From contig JBMOFD010000042.1 in assembly GCA_049314435.1 (NCBI GenBank), positions 1 through 15,726 of the forward strand: a DNA stretch of 15,726 bases. Reading direction: 5' to 3'. The position numbers and the translations under genes are program-made. The notes beneath the pieces were generated by a model, which made no database searches, was not told where the DNA came from, and worked only from the letters and a program-made list of their open reading frames with translations. Each line of letters begins with the position of its first letter. Within the stretch, counting starts at the first letter, position 1. This document shows positions 6,164-15,726 of this stretch, one piece after another. This stretch comes from Chlamydiia bacterium. GTDB taxonomy: Bacteria > Chlamydiota > Chlamydiia > Chlamydiales > JBMOFD01.

Positions 6164-9100
6164 ATGCGGAAGAAGCCCCCCCATCGGGTCAGCCTGCAAG
6201 ACCGGGATGAGATCATCGATCTGCCTAATCTGATTGAAGTGCAGATCAAGTCTTATGATCAGTTCCTTCAAGCTGACGTGTTGCCTCACGAGCGGATCAA
6301 TATGGGTTTGCAAGAGGTCTTCACGGAGCTCTTCCCCATCCGATCCTACGATGAGAAGACAACCCTTGAATTCATGAGCTACAGCTTGGGCGTGCCCAAG
6401 CACACTCCTGAAGAGTGTATTCGTAGAGGCATCACCTTTAGCGTCACATTGAAAGTGAAGTTCCGTCTAACAGATGAGACGGGCATCAAGGAAGAAGAGG
6501 TCTATATGGGCACTCTTCCAGTGATGACGCGCCAGGCAACCTTTGTCATCAATGGCGCAGAGCGCGTGGTCGTGAGCCAGCTGCACCGCAGCCCAGGGAT
6601 CAGCTTCGAAGAAGAGCGTCATCCGAAGGGCGTGATGATCTACAGCTTCAGGATGATTCCCTATCGTGGAAGCTGGCTTGAAGCCTCCTTCGATACGAAT
6701 GATCTCATCTACATGTACATCGATCGTAAGAAGAAGCGTCGCAAGATTTTGGCGACGACCTTCATACGTACGCTTGGGTATAGCACCGATGCGGACATCT
6801 TAGATGAGTTCTTTGCCACGCAGAAGGTTAAGATCAAGTCTGAGAAGGATTTCCAGCGTCTGGTGGGTCGTATTCTTGCTGAGACCGTGGTCGATGAGGA
6901 GAGTGCAGTTGTCTTTGGTAAGGCAGCTGAGAAGCTCACCACAGCCATGCTCAAGCGCATGGTGGACGCTGGTATTACAGCCGTCCGTATCGCGGAGGAT
7001 GCTGATGAGAACCATCCGATCATCCGGATGCTCGCTAAGGACCAAACGGACTCCTATGAGTCGGCTCTGAAAGATTTTTACCGTCGGCTTCGTCCCGGTG
7101 AACCTCCAACATTGGCGAACGCACGCAGTGCGATGATGCGCCTCTTCTTCGATCCCAAGCGCTACAACCTAGGGCGTGTGGGTCGTTACAAGATGAACTC
7201 CAAGCTCAACATGCCGATCACGGAAGAAGAGCTGGAGCATGTGACGCTCCGCCGAGAGGATGTGGTTGCAGCCTTGAAGTATCTGATCTCCTTACGCATG
7301 GGTGCAGAGGATGTTTCCGTGGATGATATCGATCATCTGGGGAACCGTCGTGTGCGTAGCGTGGGTGAGCTGATCCAGAACCAGTGCCGTCTTGGTCTGG
7401 CGAGGATGGAGAAGATCATTCGTGAGCGAATGAACCTATTCGACTTCAGTGCCGATACAATGACACCAGGCAAGATCGTCTCCGCCAAGGGGTTGACCGG
7501 CGTTCTGAAGGACTTCTTCGGGCGTAGCCAGCTGAGCCAGTTCATGGATCAGTGCAACCCTGTCGCTGAGCTAACGCACAAGCGTCGTCTGAGCTGCCTC
7601 GGGCCTGGTGGTCTGAATCGTGACCGTGCCGGTTTCGAAGTACGTGACGTCCACTCCAGCCACTATGGACGTATTTGCCCCATTGAGACTCCTGAAGGAC
7701 CGAACATCGGTTTGATCACGAGCCTAAGCTGCTACGCCAAGATCAATGAGTTTGGTTTTGTGGAGACTCCCTACCGCATTGTGCGCGAAGGCGTGGTCAC
7801 CGATGAGATCGAATACATGACAGCGGACCAAGAGGAGCGCTGCGTGATTGCGCAGGCCTCAGCGCCGCTGGATGACGCTAAGCTGTTTGTGGAGCCGACC
7901 TGCTGGGTGCGCTTCCATGGGGAGTCGATGCAGGTGGACGTGACGAGAGTCACGCACATGGACGTGTCGTCGAAGCAGCTGGTCAGCATTGTGACTGGGT
8001 TGATTCCGTTCCTTGAGCACGATGACGCTAACCGAGCCCTGATGGGTTCGAACATGCAACGTCAAGCTGTTCCCTTGTTGAGGACCGAATCGCCGATTGT
8101 GGGGACAGGTCTTGAGCTCCGCGCTGCACGCGATAGCGGTGCGGTGATCGTGGCTACAGAGGATGGAACCGTGGAGTATGTCGATGGCTTCCGCATTGTC
8201 ATTGCGGCCCGCGACAACCCTACTCAGAAGCACGCTTATGAGCTGCGCAAATTCCTGCGTAGCAATAACGGCACCTGCATGAACCAGACTCCAGTGGTGC
8301 ATGTCGGTGATATTATCCGTGCTGGTGACATCATTGCAGATGGACCTGCTACAGATGCAGGTGAGCTTGCTCTCGGTAAGAACGTCCTCGTGGCCTTCAT
8401 GCCCTGGTGTGGATACAACTTTGAGGATGCGATCATCATCAGCGAGAAGCTGCTGCGTGAGGACACCTATACGAGCATCCACCTTGAAGAGTTTGAGGTC
8501 ACAGCTCGTGATACCAAACTCGGTAAAGAAGAGATCACCCGAGACATCCCGAACATCTCCGAAGAGGCCCTGGCCAATCTCGGTGAAGATGGGATCATAC
8601 GGGTGGGTGCTGAGGTGCGACCTGGCGATATCCTCGTCGGTAAGATCACACCGAAGTCGGAGACAGAGCTCTCCCCAGAAGAGCGCCTTTTGAGGGCGAT
8701 CTTCGGTGAGAAGGCCGCTGATGTGAAGGATGCCAGCCTCACAGTTCCTCCTGGGACTGAGGGCGTGGTCATGGACGTCAAAGTTTTTTCACGACGGGAT
8801 CGTCTGAGCAAGACAGATGAAGAGATGGTGGAGGAGGCGAGCCGGGTGAAAGACCTAGCCGCGGAATTCCGTCAGCGCGAGCTCGATCTGAAGATGGAGC
8901 TGCATGAACAGCTGGGCGCGCTTCTCTTAGGAGAGCCAGCGCAAGGTGCGATCCTCCATCGGAAGACGGCGGAAGTTCTGGTGAAGAGCGGCGAGGTGTT
9001 CACACAAGATCTCCTCGAAGTTCTGGAGTCGGAAGCGCCAGAAGATCTGATCATGCCAGACAACGACGTCTGCGCGAGGATTCGTGCAGTTCTTCGTCAG

Positions 9101-9923
9101 TATGAGATCAACCAGGAGACCCTGGAGACTCAGTACAAGACACAGGTTGAGTTCACTCGCAAAGGGGATACCGACCTCGATCCTGGTGTGATCCGTCAGG
9201 TGAAGGTCTACATCGCCAGCAAGCGTAAGCTGCAGGTGGGTGACAAGATGGCCGGACGCCACGGTAACAAGGGTGTGGTCTCCAGGATCGTACCTGAAGC
9301 TGACATGCCCTACATGTCGAATGGCGAGACGATCGAAATCATCCTCAACCCGTTGGGTGTGCCGTCTAGGATGAACCTTGGGCAGGTGCTTGAGACTCAC
9401 CTTGGCTACGCAGCTAAGATGATGGGGATTTGGGTGAAGAGCCCAGTCTTCGAAGGATTCCCAGAGGATGAGATCTGGGAGATGTTCCGCAAGCAGGGTC
9501 TGCCCAGCAACGGTAAGTTCGTGCTCTATGATGGGCGCACGGGTGAGCGGTTCGATGGCCAGGTGGTGGTTGGATACATCTACCTGAACAAACTGAGCCA
9601 CTTGGTGGCAGACAAGATCCACGCACGTGCGATCGGTCCTTATAGCTTGGTCACTCAGCAGCCGCTGGGTGGTAAGGCGCAGATGGGCGGTCAGCGATTC
9701 GGGGAGATGGAGGTGTGGGCTCTTGAAGCCTACGGCGCCGCCAACTTGCTGCTCGAAATGCTCACGGTGAAGTCAGACGATGTGTTGGGCCGAACCAAGA
9801 TCTATGAGTCGATTGTCAAGGGTGAGAACATCCTGGAAGCCGGGACTCCCGAGTCCTTTAGGGTATTGATCAAAGAGATGCAGGGGCTGTGCCTCGACGT
9901 TCGCACGCAAAAGGTGGATCAAA

Positions 9924-9931
<8 letters not shown>
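6164..9931 (+). CDS. rpoB: DNA-directed RNA polymerase subunit beta (true start ATG 6164)
   Basis: [78 protein letters not shown] at 6150-6154. The N-terminus aligns with chlamydial RpoB from [10 protein letters not shown]. Confidence 0.99.
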
Positions 9932-14195
<4,264 letters not shown>

Positions 14196-14280
14196 CCTCC
14201 TGCGGAGAGCTATGGCTCCTGCGGAGGGCGATGGTTCCTTCGGGTCTGCCGAGGGAACCAATAGAAAGTTCAGTTTAGTA

Positions 14281-14330
14281 CAGAGGGCTCATGCAGGAAA
14301 CTGCGTGGGCCCTTTGGCTTTGTTCTCTCC
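14281..14330 (+). terminator. Likely rpoC terminator (16-bp stem, GAAA tetraloop)
   Basis: CAGAGGGCTCATGCAG-GAAA-CTGCGTGGGCCCTTTG followed by pyrimidine-rich GCTTTGTTCTCTCC. Three G-U pairs valid on the + strand. Lies between convergent genes. Confidence 0.55.
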
Positions 14331-14334
14331 GTCG

Positions 14335-14853
14335 CTAGTACGGCCCTTGTCTGATGAGCTTTTCTGCGCGTACATACGGAGCCACAGTATTGACCTGAAT
14401 CCATTTCGCAAGTGGCCAGGGTTTTCCGGATCCTAGTGTGCACCACGCCCAGACACCTAAGCGTTCCAAATTTCCAGTTCGAGACTCCGCTTGGACAATC
14501 TCAAGAATGCGGGATACCGTCTCCTTGAAGGCTTCTAGCTGCTGCTGACCTGCGTCATATCGATATTTCGAGTAGAAGTGTTTGGCTATAGCGGCGTAGT
14601 CCCATTTCAAGAACCCATCATCGGGCATGTCGGGCATTTTGCCTTGAAGGCCGGACTCGTACTAGCGGATGAGCGCCTTTCCCCAACCGATCTGGTAGGC
14701 CACTAGGTCAGAAATGCTTACGGCGCCGCCAGTGCCATGAAGAGTCGCAACAGTTCTCACGGACGCGGGACGAGCCTCGATAGCTGATACCAGTCGCTGG
14801 TAGGCGCCTGAGATATTTTGATAGAGCACAGGGTGAGCCGAATTGACGTCCAC
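14335..14853 (-). pseudogene. ClbS/DfsB (DUF1706, DinB-like) family gene interrupted by in-frame TAG at 14662-14664
   Basis: The track ORFs 14662..14853 and 14335..14637 are in the same frame, joined by *YESGLQGK. The combined 172 codons contain SISDLVAYQIGWG, P.DGF.KW..A..FY..Y and W...IQVNTVAPY, resembling ClbS (SVANLVSYLIGWGELVLHW...FPEEGFKW...AQKFY..Y...IQFNTASPY). GTG start with AGGA SD. Confidence 0.8.
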
Positions 14854-14874
14854 AATGAGATCCTAGAGTGTCTA

Positions 14875-15726
14875 TTAGGAGGACAATCGTTCTTTAAGGA
14901 GCTCCTCAAGCTTGACGAGGTCAGCCGCAAAGTTTCGGATACCTTCAGCCAGCTTGTCGTTAGCCATGGGGTTTTGGCACATGGCGAATTGATATTGACC
15001 TTGAGAGTAGGAGACCCTCTTCAGATCGAGGGACTTGCTGTTCTCTGGGGATAGTTTTCTCGGGACGGGACCAGATGCGGTGGAGAGCTCCTGAAGCAGG
15101 GCAGGAGCAATCGTCAGCAGGTCGCAGCCCGCGAGCTCGAGGATCTCTCCAGTATTGCGGAAGCTTGCACCCATGACTTGTGTGGTGTACCCAAACTTCT
15201 TGTAGTAGTGGTAGATCTCCGTGACGCTCTTGACGCCGGGATCCTCGGCAGCAGCGTAGCCTTCAGGGCGCTCATTCTTCTTGTACCAATCCAAAATGCG
15301 TCCTACGAAGGGACTGATGAGCGTGGCCTTCGCCTCGGCACAGATCACTGCTTGAGGTAGAGAGAAGAGCAGCGTCATGTTGCAGTGGATGCCCTCCTTC
15401 TCGAGGATCTGGGCTGCAGCCGCGCCCTCCCAGGTGGAAGCTAGCTTGATCAGGACTCGTTCGCGAGGGATGCCCCTAGCTTCATACAGGCTGATGAGGT
15501 GGCGGGCCCGAGCTACGCTCAGGTCCCGATCAAACGAGATGCGAGCATCCACTTCGGTGGAGACTCGACCGGGGACGATCTGGAGGATCGCCACCCCAAA
15601 GTTCACAAACACGAAGTCAACGGCCGCGATGAGCTGCTCTTCTGGGGTCCCTTTGATGCGGCGTGCATCTTGGATCGCCTCGTCAATGAGATGGCCATAG
15701 CTCGGGTTACGGCTGGCCGCAAGGAT
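14875..15726 (-). CDS. tal: Transaldolase (5' end beyond window)
   Basis: Frame is open to the window edge (ILAASRNPSYGHLIDEAI...). GRVSTEVDAR, catalytic-Lys motif LIKLASTWEG, CNMTLLFS, ISPFVGRILDW, VMGASFRN, GCDLLTIAP, KLAEGIRNFA. Ends TAA TAG. Confidence 0.97.
   Translation of the reverse strand: MLAASRNPSYGHLIDEAIQDARRIKGTPEEQLIAAVDFVFVNFGVAILQIVPGRVSTEVDARISFDRDLSVARARHLISLYEARGIPRERVLIKLASTWEGAAAAQILEKEGIHCNMTLLFSLPQAVICAEAKATLISPFVGRILDWYKKNERPEGYAAAEDPGVKSVTEIYHYYKKFGYTTQVMGASFRNTGEILELAGCDLLTIAPALLQELSTASGPVPRKLSPENSKSLDLKRVSYSQGQYQFAMCQNPMANDKLAEGIRNFAADLVKLEELLKERLSS

Noticed and set aside
14662..14664. Genome-wide TAG reassignment or pyrrolysine
   Set aside because: TAG terminates infA, nusG, rplA and rpoB at expected positions, and no pyl genes are in the window.

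Overview
Core translation/transcription locus of a bacterium that looks chlamydial (phylum Chlamydiota/PVC), based on gene order and protein signatures. It appears GC-richer than Chlamydiaceae by eye. The + strand carries infA - tRNA-Thr(GGT) - tuf - tRNA-Trp(CCA) - secE - nusG - rplK - rplA - rplJ - rplL - rpoB - rpoC. To the left is a small divergent ORF with a bilobed hydrophobic (Inc-like) segment. To the right, convergently on the - strand, are transaldolase (truncated by the window edge) and a ClbS/DfsB (DUF1706)-like gene split by one in-frame TAG at a conserved Trp. Three observations stand out. (1) The RNA polymerase beta' subunit has Arg in place of the near-invariant trigger-loop His (MRTFRLGG), alongside unusual bridge-helix, F-loop and switch-1 substitutions, suggesting a naturally remodelled active centre. 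(2) A roughly 300-nt, densely base-paired leader lies between nusG and rplK, and most other spacers are also strongly structured on the sense strand. (3) The ClbS-like gene is interrupted by an amber codon. Family assignments and E. coli residue numbers come from recalled consensus motifs, not database searches. RNA structures were paired by eye.
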